From: a bacterium
GTDB taxonomy: Bacteria > Zhuqueibacterota > Zhuqueibacteria > Residuimicrobiales > Krinioviventaceae
Length of the DNA stretch: 64,000 nt
Assembly: GCA_963693055.1 (NCBI GenBank)
Contig: OY843751.1
Coordinates: forward strand, 6,144,001-6,208,000
Direction of reading: 5' to 3'
Both the position numbers and the translations under genes were made by a program. Shown piece after piece: positions 22,546 through 31,776 of this stretch; positions within the stretch are counted from its first letter, which is position 1; each line of letters opens with the position of its first letter. Under the pieces are notes generated by a model, which was not told the origin of the DNA, made no database searches, and saw only the letters and a program-made list of their open reading frames with translations.

Positions 22546-23877
22546 CACTACTGTCCCAACGTTAGGGGAAAGTAGTGATTGTATTTAATTGTTAATTATA
22601 TCTTTACGCTATCATTTTTAACGGGAACGATTTGAATTAAATTATTACATTTCACCATTCTATCACAACAAAACAATGGCGGAGGAATGGCGAAATGCAC
22701 GAAGGGAAAACTGTTTTTTCTCAAATAATGGAATTCCTGCCTTTAAAGGCATTCCATCGTTGCGTCCACAAATACAGAGGAGAGTATAAAGTTAAATCCT
22801 TCTCGTGTCTTGATCAATTTTATTGCATGGCTTTTGCCCAACTCACTTTCCGAGATAGTTTGAGAGATATAGAAGCTTGTTTAAGATCACAACGAAAACT
22901 ACTTTACCACATGGGTTTTCGCAGCATAGTTGCTCGAAATACTTTGGCTAATGCAAATGAACATCGAGACTGGCGCATCTATGCTGAATTTGCTCAAATA
23001 CTTATTAATCAGGCCCGCAAGTTATATCGTGATGAAAAATTCGGCCTTGAATTAAAAGAAATGGTTTACGCATTAGATTCAACAACAATTGACTTGTGCC
23101 TTTCTTTATTTCCATGGGCCAGATTTAGAAAATCAAAAGGTGCTATAAAAGTGCATACTCAAATGGACCTTCGTGGTAACATACCAACTTTTATAGAGAT
23201 AACTGAAGGGAAAATCCACGATGTTAACATTCTTGATATGTTGATTCCTGAGCCTGGCGCCATATATTTGCTAGACAAGGGTTACATAGATTTTGAGCGT
23301 CTGTATAGATTCCATCAAGCTGGAGCCTTTTTTGTCATTCCGGCAAAGTCGAACCTTAAAGCTAAAAGGGTCTATTCACATCCGGTTAATAAAAGTACAG
23401 GTCTTCGATGTGATCAAACAGTTTCTTTAGTGAATTACTATGCATCACGAGATTATCCTGAAAGACTCAGACGCGTTAAAATATACATAACTGATCAAAA
23501 ACGAACGCTCGTTTTGTTGACAAATATTTTTAACTTGCCGGCATTAACTATTCCTGAACTATATAGATGCCGCTGGCAAATTGAATTGTTTTTTAAATGG
23601 ATAAAACAAAACCTAAAAATTAAGTCCTTTTATGGCACTTCAGTCAATGCCGTTAAATCGCAAATATGGATTGCAATATGTATATACGTGCTTATAGCGA
23701 TAATAAAGAAACGTTTGAATATTGCGATTCCGCTCTACACTTTTTTGCAAATATTAAGCGTTAATATGTTTCAAAGAACTCCTATTTTACAGTTACTTAG
23801 CAACAATGATAATCTTACTCATGGCTTACAAAATGATAACCAATTGAATTTATTCAACTAATATTGGGACAGTAGTG
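22546..23877 (+). mobile_element. IS4-family insertion sequence, 1332 bp
   Basis: 14-bp perfect TIR CACTACTGTCCCAA / TTGGGACAGTAGTG; 9-bp TSD ATGTTTTGA at 22537-22545 and 23878-23886. Confidence 0.95.
22695..23861 (+). CDS. IS4-family DDE transposase (DUF4372-like N-terminus)
   Basis: DSTTI, DKGY, Y-x2-R-W-x-IE-x-FF-x-WIK (YREK) motif. Confidence 0.95.
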   Translation: MHEGKTVFSQIMEFLPLKAFHRCVHKYRGEYKVKSFSCLDQFYCMAFAQLTFRDSLRDIEACLRSQRKLLYHMGFRSIVARNTLANANEHRDWRIYAEFAQILINQARKLYRDEKFGLELKEMVYALDSTTIDLCLSLFPWARFRKSKGAIKVHTQMDLRGNIPTFIEITEGKIHDVNILDMLIPEPGAIYLLDKGYIDFERLYRFHQAGAFFVIPAKSNLKAKRVYSHPVNKSTGLRCDQTVSLVNYYASRDYPERLRRVKIYITDQKRTLVLLTNIFNLPALTIPELYRCRWQIELFFKWIKQNLKIKSFYGTSVNAVKSQIWIAICIYVLIAIIKKRLNIAIPLYTFLQILSVNMFQRTPILQLLSNNDNLTHGLQNDNQLNLFN

Positions 23878-24796
23878 ATGTTTTGATAAAGTTAATGGTA
23901 CGTTACAATGGGAATTGACAAACTTGCATTTTAATGGCCCCCTGGTTTTGGATGAATACTGTATGTATACATTCCACAATGATTCTCTGGCTTCGCGTAA
24001 TAAAGCGGATGGCAGTATAATCTGGTCTACGTTTATTGATGATCTGGATTTGGTAAGAGGGTACACCAATCACATTGCAGTTGACAATTCTCATGTCTGT
24101 CTTGCAATTGGTGGTAATTCAGATACGGTTGCGGAATTGCGCACATTTGATAAAACAGACGGCAGTTTGCTATGGCATTATGATTTCCCGGTTTGGATGT
24201 TGACAGAGCCTCTTATTGCCAATGATGTGGTTTATGTGATCAATGACGAGTTGTGGGCATTTGATGTAAATACAGGAGACAGTCTGTTCTGTTCTCAGGA
24301 AAGCGGTACTTTACGATTAACGCAACCAGCTTTGACAAATCACCGATTATTTGTAGCTACCCATGATAAAATTTTTGCAATGGACCATCGTATTGTTAAT
24401 GCAATTCAAGATAATGAACCGGTAGTAATGGATTACCGGTTGTATTCCAACTATCCCAATCCCTTCAATCCTGAAACTACAATATCTTTTCAAATACCAC
24501 AAAAGAGTCATGTGGAGCTACAAGTGTATGATGTTACGGGTCGTCTGGTACGGACGCTAATTGATGGGGAAATGAGAACCGGTGTTCACCAGGTACAGTT
24601 TAATGGCGAGGGACTGGCATCCGGTATTTATTTTTACAGGTTAACAGCAAATGATTATAAAGCATATGGTAAAATGTTGTTTGTGAAATAAGGAAAATTT
24701 TCCGGTAGGTTTTGGAAAAAAGGCGGTTATTTCATATAGTATTTACTAGAAGTAACCGGAAGTCAAACAAAGATTTTAAAACTTACCGGAGGACAA

Positions 24797-25624
24797 ATGT
24801 ACAATACTCGTAGTAGTTTGTATGACAGGATATTAGAAAAAACACCCGAGCAAGTATTCATCAATTCTTTACGAAAAGAATTTGAATTATCACCGGCAGA
24901 AAGTAAAGGGATATTGGATTTAGCCAAGCAGTGTTTATTTGGCGAGGTTCCCCAGACAGTTGGTAAAATAAAATATATCTGCGCATCCACCAAGGCAAAA
25001 CATGGCAAGCCCCTGGGTGAGCAGGAATTGAAAGAAGTAGAGTTAACACTGGATGCCGGTGTAGAAGATTTAAATGTATTAAAAGAAAGCGGTCCCAAGG
25101 CACTGCGCCAGTTAAAGGTCTTACGATTGACCGAAGAAGCCTGGGATCAGGAAGGTTCTTTGACACAAGAGGATTTGGCCCGGATCCTCCAGGTTACGAG
25201 CCGCACTGTACGCCAGGATATAAAGTCTTTGCAGACTGATGGCAACTTTATTCACACGCGCGGAACAGACCATGACATCGGTCGGAGCTTGTCACACAAA
25301 AGCCACATTATTGAACTGTATTTGCAGGGAGACACATACGATGCAATTATTCGTAAAAGTCGTCATAGCGCGTTTTCAATAAAACGATATGTGTGCAGCT
25401 TTGGCAGGCTGTTGTTATTACTGAATCATGGTATGCAGGATATCAAAGAGATCAGTCGGTTATTAGGCCAAAGTGAGCGTTTGACCCGTGAGTACCTGGA
25501 TATTTTTGAGCATCATAAACAGGGTGACAAATGGCCGCCGATCTATGTAGAGTTATTGGAGCAATTAAAGGTGTTATACCCCTCGAAAAAAAAACAAACC
25601 AAGGAGGGGATCGATGAAGACTAA
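24797..25624 (+). CDS. DUF1670-like multi-HTH protein A
   Basis: GGAGG SD; RLTEEA..Q.G.LTQEDLA...RTVR.DI...TRG...DIG...SHK...HS...IKRY pattern. Confidence 0.75.
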   Translation: MYNTRSSLYDRILEKTPEQVFINSLRKEFELSPAESKGILDLAKQCLFGEVPQTVGKIKYICASTKAKHGKPLGEQELKEVELTLDAGVEDLNVLKESGPKALRQLKVLRLTEEAWDQEGSLTQEDLARILQVTSRTVRQDIKSLQTDGNFIHTRGTDHDIGRSLSHKSHIIELYLQGDTYDAIIRKSRHSAFSIKRYVCSFGRLLLLLNHGMQDIKEISRLLGQSERLTREYLDIFEHHKQGDKWPPIYVELLEQLKVLYPSKKKQTKEGIDED

Positions 25625-26429
25625 GCCTTTAAATCGTTATGAATCAATAGCTAAGCGTAGCTTTCAAAATGCGATTATTCGATTACTGGAAGAAAATTAT
25701 AAAATGCTGGGAAGCCACAAAGTCATCCGGATGATTGCGGAAGATATTGTCGCATTGCAAAATGAATTTTATCCAGAGCTGGAAAAGAAAAGTTTTGGTC
25801 AGATTATCTGGCGGACAACCAAAGCGACAAACCGAAAGCCAAGCTATGGCACAAAAGCGGAAGATTATGAGGTTCAGACAGTTGTGCTACCGTTGGTAAC
25901 AGATGCGGATATTGACAATCGTATCAAAAGCCATTATTCTTATCCCCCAAAAGATGGCAGTGCTAATTATGAAAAACAAACAGAACGGGATATTAAAGTA
26001 ATGGCGCGGTTATGCAAGAGTGCGGCAGAACAGGGCGGCTGGTTGACAGGTGCAGAACTCAGTGTATTGTTGAATCGCTCATTAAACACTATTGGTCGGT
26101 ATATGACAATTTATCATGAAACGCATGATGATATATTGCCGACTAAAGGAATGATGCTGGATCAGGGCAGTAAGCCGACGCATAAAGCCGCAATTATAGA
26201 TTTGTACGAGCAGGGATATCCCGAACCGGATATCGCCCGGATTACAAATCACACAATTGAATCAACGAGTCGGTATTTAAAGAGTTACAAGAACGTAAAA
26301 TCATTATTGGAAAAAGGTTTTAATTTAATGGAAATGGTAAGAATAACCGGATTAGGACGGAGTACAATATTACAATACCGTGATCTGGTTTATCATTATC
26401 ATTCAGATTTAATACAAAAGAAAACTTGA
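25614..26429 (+). CDS. DUF1670-like multi-HTH protein B (paralog of A)
   Basis: AAGGAGG SD; RL...A..QGG.LT...PTKG...DQG...THK...H....SRY aligns with protein A. Confidence 0.75.
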   Translation: MKTKPLNRYESIAKRSFQNAIIRLLEENYKMLGSHKVIRMIAEDIVALQNEFYPELEKKSFGQIIWRTTKATNRKPSYGTKAEDYEVQTVVLPLVTDADIDNRIKSHYSYPPKDGSANYEKQTERDIKVMARLCKSAAEQGGWLTGAELSVLLNRSLNTIGRYMTIYHETHDDILPTKGMMLDQGSKPTHKAAIIDLYEQGYPEPDIARITNHTIESTSRYLKSYKNVKSLLEKGFNLMEMVRITGLGRSTILQYRDLVYHYHSDLIQKKT

Positions 26430-26595
26430 AAATTTGAAAAGGAATTAATAGGTTAGGTTGTCATTGTTTTTCAGCTAACTCCAGTCGCCCTACGAGCTCC
26501 TTTCGTTAGCTGAAAAAATGAATAAATGTTCTAATCTTAAAAACAACCTACCGGAAATATTTCCTAAACGTAAATAACAAAACGAGGATACGAGC

Positions 26596-27456
26596 ATGAA
26601 AACACTGGACCGAAGAACGTTTATCAAGACAGCAGCCGTTACCACAGGAATTGCAGGACTTTCCTGTAAGAAGAAAGAACAGACGGTTTTGCCCAAATCA
26701 TCACTGCCATCGCGTAAAATTGGTGAGTTGGATGTAAGTCGTATGATTTTGGGTGGAAATCCCTTTAGCGGAATCTCGCACGGGGAACCGTTGGTCTATA
26801 CCAACAACCTGTTCAAGCAGTATTTGACTCATGAAAAGATTGTTGAGGTTATGCGGCTGTCTGTTGCCGGGGGAATCAATACTTTTTTGGGGCGGGTGGA
26901 CGACAATACCATTGGTTTTTTGAAAAAATACAAGCAAGAAACCGGCACTATGTTGCCGTGGCTTGCGCAAACGTCTGCAAAGCCGCATAGGGGAGCAACG
27001 TTTGCGGATATACGTGAAAATATAAAATGGGCGGTGGACAATGGCGCTACGGGTGTATATATTCAGGGCGAGTCTGCGGATTATTACGTGCGGGAAAATA
27101 GAATAAAGGATATTGTAGAGCACCTGGCATATATACGTGAGCTGGGGGCAATAACCGGTGTGGGCGCGCACGATTACCGAACCGTTGCGGCATGCGAAGA
27201 CGCGGGTTTAGTACCCGATTTTTACATGAAAACCCTGAACCCGCTGGAATACTTTTGTCCCGATTATGAGGACACGTTAAAAGTAATGGCGCAGGTAAAG
27301 GTTCCGTGGATTGCATTCAAAGTGCTTGCAGCGGGACGTATAAAACCCAAAGAAGGATTTAAACAGGCGCTTGATGCCGGTGCAGATTTTCTCTGTGTGG
27401 GGATGTTTGATTTTCAGGTAGATGAGAATTTGGAACTGTTTCGGGCATTGATATAA
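26596..27456 (+). CDS. Tat-signal lipoprotein, aldo/keto-reductase-like fold
   Basis: RRTFIK twin-arginine, LSC lipobox, VSRMILGGNP, IAFKVLAAGR. Confidence 0.65.
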   Translation: MKTLDRRTFIKTAAVTTGIAGLSCKKKEQTVLPKSSLPSRKIGELDVSRMILGGNPFSGISHGEPLVYTNNLFKQYLTHEKIVEVMRLSVAGGINTFLGRVDDNTIGFLKKYKQETGTMLPWLAQTSAKPHRGATFADIRENIKWAVDNGATGVYIQGESADYYVRENRIKDIVEHLAYIRELGAITGVGAHDYRTVAACEDAGLVPDFYMKTLNPLEYFCPDYEDTLKVMAQVKVPWIAFKVLAAGRIKPKEGFKQALDAGADFLCVGMFDFQVDENLELFRALI

Positions 27457-27508
27457 GGGTATGTTTTCTTAACCACAGATTTGCAAAAAAATGCCGGATG
27501 TGAAATAT

Positions 27509-27535
27509 TGCCCGGCACCTCTGAGGTGCCGGGCA
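27509..27535. repeat. REP-like palindrome, copy 1
   Basis: TGCCCGGCACCTC-T-GAGGTGCCGGGCA. Confidence 0.9.
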
Positions 27536-27990
27536 TATTTGTAGGTGGAATATCATATAGGGACATTCGTCCATCTTGCTCGTACCCAAACTCCTGTTTG
27601 GGAGCGTATTCATCCTTTTGCGTTTTGAGATGAATAAAATCCTGCTTGACAAAGACGAAAATTTTTGCAATTTTATGACAGGTGCTGAAATTATAAATCA
27701 GCGCTTCACGGGGAAGTACTGAACGTGTTCTATTTTGACTCATTTGCAAAGGGGAGTATGTGGTTCTTCATAAACCTCTTTTTTGGGCATTAATTTTCAG
27801 ATATAATAAGGCTACATCTGCAACAAAAGAGATAATGGGAAAAAGCATTGAAGACAAAATTGATAATATAAATTTCTCAATAACTTATTTGTTCTAAACA
27901 TTGCAAGGGAGCGTAAAAGAAATGATAATAGGGTGCCAGTGAAAAGCAATAGTATTATCAGTTATGGAATTGTCTCGGTTTCCACGGATT

Positions 27991-28017
27991 TGCCAGGCAC
28001 ATTCAAAGTACAGGGCA
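27991..28017. repeat. REP-like palindrome, degenerate copy
   Basis: TGCCAGGCACATTCAAAGTACAGGGCA, about 20/27 identical to the consensus and followed by a similar GATCATGATG flank. Confidence 0.6.
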
Positions 28018-28167
28018 ACTTAATTTATCGATCATGATGTAGCTCCCTGAATTATGATCCATATTTGGTTTTAATAGTTTTCATTATCAGGATGAATGTT
28101 TTGGGCGAGAAACCGATCTACATTCGTCAGCATGGGGATGTCTGGAGATTAAGTAAAGGAGCAGGAA

Positions 28168-28833
28168 ATGAAAAAAATGACATTGATCATTCTATTACTG
28201 GTCATGACCTCACATCAGAGTATGGCTAAAAATAGTTGGGGCTTGTCAGCAGGTGTAAACATGTCTCGGTTTTCGGATGTATCTTCAGAGCTTAAACCGG
28301 GCTTTCATTTAGGCCTTGTGCGCGAACGGATGCTGAACGACAATTCTGCTCTAGAGTATGGATTGATCGCTACCAGCAAACGGACACTTTTGAAAGAAAA
28401 GACGAGAGGATGGGCAGGTTGGGGTAATGACGTATTTCTCTGGGATATTGATGTAAATATAATTTATCTGCAATTACCTATCCTTTACAAAAAATATCTT
28501 CCTGTATACAATGATCAAATCTTTTTTTCAGTGGGGCCTGTTTTTTCGTTAGGTGTTTCGGATCAAAGCCAGAATAATCAGGTTAGATTTTTATATCGTG
28601 ATTCAGGTGCTTTTAATAGTAAATTTGATTATACTGTTCTTTATGAAAATGAATTGTTTTATCCTGTATTGAACTCGTCCGTTGGATTTGAAGCAAGCGT
28701 TGGTGTGAAATTAAAACATATCGCCTTAAAGTTGTTTGGAAATTATGACTTTACCCGGGTAACTGAGATAGCAGAAACATCAATTAAAAAGAAATTTATG
28801 ACATTTGGAATTTTGATGACTAGATATTTTTAG
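28168..28833 (+). CDS. Small outer-membrane beta-barrel (porin-family/PorT-like) protein
   Basis: GGAG SD, signal peptide, GLSAGVN, YLQLPILYK, GP, terminal YF. Confidence 0.75.
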   Translation: MKKMTLIILLLVMTSHQSMAKNSWGLSAGVNMSRFSDVSSELKPGFHLGLVRERMLNDNSALEYGLIATSKRTLLKEKTRGWAGWGNDVFLWDIDVNIIYLQLPILYKKYLPVYNDQIFFSVGPVFSLGVSDQSQNNQVRFLYRDSGAFNSKFDYTVLYENELFYPVLNSSVGFEASVGVKLKHIALKLFGNYDFTRVTEIAETSIKKKFMTFGILMTRYF

Positions 28834-29053
28834 CAGAGGAATGTATTAAAAATATGATTGCGTTAAAAAAGCGATTTTTTTTTGTTATGATATTAATTCA
28901 GTCCCTACAAAGCACACGTAAAAGTAAAAGCCGATTGCTGAGTACGAGTCCACCATGGCGGACTCGTGTATCGAAGCACCAGCGTTTGCATCGTGAAAAT
29001 TGGAGCTCCCACGGATAACATGGCTAGGCACGAAAATTTAAGATACAAAGATA

Positions 29054-29080
29054 TGCCCGGCACCTCCGAGGTGCCGGGCA
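29054..29080. repeat. REP-like palindrome, copy 3
   Basis: TGCCCGGCACCTC-C-GAGGTGCCGGGCA. Confidence 0.9.
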
Positions 29081-29185
29081 AGTTTGCTGTTATTGATCGT
29101 GATGCAAACCCTGTTATCACGGAACATCTTGCACGTTATCGAACTCCTGTTAGGGAACACAATGAATTTTGTATTTAGGATTACT

Positions 29186-29887
29186 ATGAAAAAGATATTA
29201 TTTTTACTGGTTTTGATTCTGGCAGCTTTACCCACTATTACTGCGGCTGCCAGCGCAAGTCTGGTTTTGGGAACAGGTTACAATTACTTGAGTGACACGA
29301 ATGCTAAATCCGGATGGGCACCCACGTTTGGATTTCATTTTTACATTCCTTCGGATGAAAATGTGGGGATCCATATTGGTGTATTGTGGGATAGAAAAAA
29401 AGGAGTAATCAACGATCAGATTTTAGGGAGCACCTATACCGGCCCGGTATATATGAGTGATATCACCTATGATATCACATTCTTTGAGATTAATACCCAA
29501 ATTCGATATATATTGAATCAATATAAAGCCATGCATTGGATTATTCAAACAGGTCCGGCTGTAAAAATCGGGATGCGTGACAACAGCAGCATCACAAATA
29601 AAGCATTTATCCGGGATATTGCTGATTTGGCAGAATGGGATGAATTGAATTATGATTATAAATACGCAACCGGCGATGTTAGTTCAACTCCTTACATCCT
29701 CAAAAGCTCTGGTTTTGCGTGGAATTTTGCTATGGGGTTGAATGTGCCCAGGGTTGAATTTCTGGTCCAATATTCCATGCATTTTTTTGATATCCATACC
29801 CTTGATCGGGCCGAGTTGGATACCAAGATGAATACCCTGACATTGATGATGAGTGTAGATCTAGGCATTATTTTAAAACCCCAATAA
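29186..29887 (+). CDS. Small outer-membrane beta-barrel protein, distant paralog of 28168-28833
   Basis: AGGA SD before ATG 29186, signal peptide MKKILFLL, alternating beta-strands, shared GP...G..D.S...F...DY...L.SS layout. Confidence 0.7.
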   Translation: MKKILFLLVLILAALPTITAAASASLVLGTGYNYLSDTNAKSGWAPTFGFHFYIPSDENVGIHIGVLWDRKKGVINDQILGSTYTGPVYMSDITYDITFFEINTQIRYILNQYKAMHWIIQTGPAVKIGMRDNSSITNKAFIRDIADLAEWDELNYDYKYATGDVSSTPYILKSSGFAWNFAMGLNVPRVEFLVQYSMHFFDIHTLDRAELDTKMNTLTLMMSVDLGIILKPQ

Positions 29888-29956
29888 TCTGCTTTGTTTT
29901 AAAACCGAAAAAGTAGTTTCCCACGAAATACACAAAAAAGTGGGAAGCGACGATTT

Positions 29957-29981
29957 GCCCGGCACCTCGGAGGTGCCGGGC
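29957..29981. repeat. REP-like palindrome, copy 4
   Basis: GCCCGGCACCTC-G-GAGGTGCCGGGC. Confidence 0.9.
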
Positions 29982-30289
29982 TAGTTTGCTGTTATTGATC
30001 GTGATGCAGATCCCTGCATCACAGAATATCATATAGGGATATTCGTCCCATATTGCTCGTATCCAAACTCCTGTTTGAATACGCTATGAACAGTATCCCA
30101 CGAAACAGTCAAAAAAGCATAAAGCCGGTTGCAGAGTGCGAGACCGCGAAAAGGGACGAGTGTATTAAAGCACTGGTAACTCTAATCCCGTTGACAGGGG
30201 ATCAAAAGTTACCCCAATTTTAATCTTTTGAAATCCCCCCAAAAAGCTGTAAATTCAACAACAAACCTTGATAACGATCATAATAATAT

Positions 30290-31738
30290 ATGGAACACGA
30301 TATGATACGATGCCTCCGCAATGCTGTGGTTATATTTTTAGTTACCCAAACGGTTATTTTTTCGCAAACGGTTACCCCAAATTCTGAACTGTATCAACGA
30401 TTACAAACAGCGCTTGACAGTTTACAATCCGTTGAAGGATATACCGGGCTGTCTGCCGCTGTTGAATTCGCAGATGGTACCTGCTGGCAGGGTACAGCCG
30501 GAACCGCCAATACATCTGCCAATACCGCAGTAGAACCCGATATGCTTTTCAGCGCGGCCAGCATTACCAAAACATTTACCGCATCATTGATTTTGCAACT
30601 CATGGATCAGGGATTACTGGGTCTTGACGATACCCTTTCAGACTGGCTGCCTGATTATGACAATATTGATAATAGCATTACCATCCGTCAAATGTTGAAC
30701 CACAGCAGCGGATTATACGAGTATAGCGATAATCTCAATGGCCAGCTTGCGGTTTTAATGCATCCCGATCAATACTGGTCTCCGGAAGAAATCTTGTCGC
30801 TTGTTCTAGAGCCCTATTTTGAGCCCGGAACCGATTACCACTATTCTAACACCAATTATATTCTGCTTGGAATGATTGCATGCAAAGCCCTGCAGGTGGA
30901 TTCGCTGGAAAACGAATACACCTCTCGTTTTTTTAACACCTGCGGATTGCCACGCACGTTTTTGGATGTTGAGCAGGATATTCCGGATACCTGTGTAATT
31001 GCCAACGGCTATATGGATCTGAATAATGATGGCGTTCTGGATGATTTGGGAGCATTCCCCCGTACAGCCATTTACAGCGCGGCATGGACTGCCGGAGCTA
31101 TTGTCTCCACATCAAGAGACCTGGCGCATTGGGGTCAATGCCTGTACCGCGGAGAGATTTTGTCGCCAGTGCTGCTGGATACCATGCTCAACAGCAGACC
31201 CATTGACGCACAATCCGGATTAGCTGAAAATTATGGTTTGGGCGTTATGCTCTATACTTTTAACAGTCATACATTTTACGGCCACACCGGCCATATTCCC
31301 GGTTATGCCTCGCAGTTGGTGTATTCCCCGGAAATGGATTTTTCCGTGTGTATACTCAACAACGATCATTTTGCCAACTTGTCGCCCGTAACCCGTACCC
31401 TGACCGGATTACTGATTGATCAGGCAACAGACATTGCAGAACCTAAGGAGCTGATTGCAAGCGGTTTTGATCTTGCTGGATGTTATCCCAATCCTTTTAA
31501 CAGCCGTACTGTCGTCCGCTATAATGTGGACCATAATTCACAAATAGCTGTAAGGATTTTTGATGTTTCCGGCAGACAGGTTGTGACCCTGACGGAAGGA
31601 TATCACACAGCCGGTGAATATGAACAGATTTGGGATGGTCGGGATGATAGCGGTTCCCCTGTATCATCGGGCATCTATTTCTGTCAGTTGCATAGCAAAG
31701 CGGGAACCCAAACGCTAAAGCTGACGTTAATAAAATAA
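30290..31738 (+). CDS. Secreted serine hydrolase (beta-lactamase/D-Ala-D-Ala peptidase family) with FlgD/T9SS-type CTD
   Basis: SITK (SxxK), YSN, GHTG; C-terminal YPNPFN...WDGRD...SGIYF. Confidence 0.9.
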   Translation: MEHDMIRCLRNAVVIFLVTQTVIFSQTVTPNSELYQRLQTALDSLQSVEGYTGLSAAVEFADGTCWQGTAGTANTSANTAVEPDMLFSAASITKTFTASLILQLMDQGLLGLDDTLSDWLPDYDNIDNSITIRQMLNHSSGLYEYSDNLNGQLAVLMHPDQYWSPEEILSLVLEPYFEPGTDYHYSNTNYILLGMIACKALQVDSLENEYTSRFFNTCGLPRTFLDVEQDIPDTCVIANGYMDLNNDGVLDDLGAFPRTAIYSAAWTAGAIVSTSRDLAHWGQCLYRGEILSPVLLDTMLNSRPIDAQSGLAENYGLGVMLYTFNSHTFYGHTGHIPGYASQLVYSPEMDFSVCILNNDHFANLSPVTRTLTGLLIDQATDIAEPKELIASGFDLAGCYPNPFNSRTVVRYNVDHNSQIAVRIFDVSGRQVVTLTEGYHTAGEYEQIWDGRDDSGSPVSSGIYFCQLHSKAGTQTLKLTLIK

Positions 31739-31776
31739 GTGAATGTATTACAGGCCAGGTATTTGAGGGTATTATC

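Larger units (their letters stand above)
19895..24691 (+). pseudogene. Large secreted multidomain protein (propeller-like repeats, FN3-like, CBM9/DOMON-like, PQQ-like propeller, FlgD/T9SS-type CTD) interrupted by an IS4-family element
   Basis: Removing 22546-23886 (IS plus one TSD) joins ...GRKLLCF-D-KVNGTLQWELTNL... in frame, giving about 1151 aa ending YPNPFNP...SGIYFY...KMLFVK. Confidence 0.9.
24692..26564 (+). mobile_element. TIR-bounded element encoding two DUF1670-like HTH proteins, with no recognisable transposase
   Basis: TIRs GGAAAATTTTCCGGTAGGTT (24692-24711) and AACCTACCGGAAATATTTCC (26545-26564), 18/20 match; flanking TAA direct repeats at 24689-24691 and 26565-26567. Confidence 0.8.

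Noticed and set aside
22546-22588. C-terminal tail TTVPTLGESSDCI of the 908-aa ORF, and 23915-24691 as a separate gene
   Set aside because: The tail is read-through into the IS end, and the downstream ORF is the severed 3' part of the same gene
27359-27749. Short ORFs containing MPGTSEVPG (also at 28905-29178)
   Set aside because: They are translations of the palindrome on either strand, not proteins
27768-27958. Possible decayed membrane-protein gene on the minus strand
   Set aside because: The hydrophobic stretches are in different frames with a stop, which is expected from A-rich sequence
27509-29981. Repeated 25-27-bp palindromes as a CRISPR array or integron attC sites
   Set aside because: Spacing is 0.5-1 kb and irregular, there are no cas or integrase genes, and no RYYYAAC...GTTRRRY core was seen
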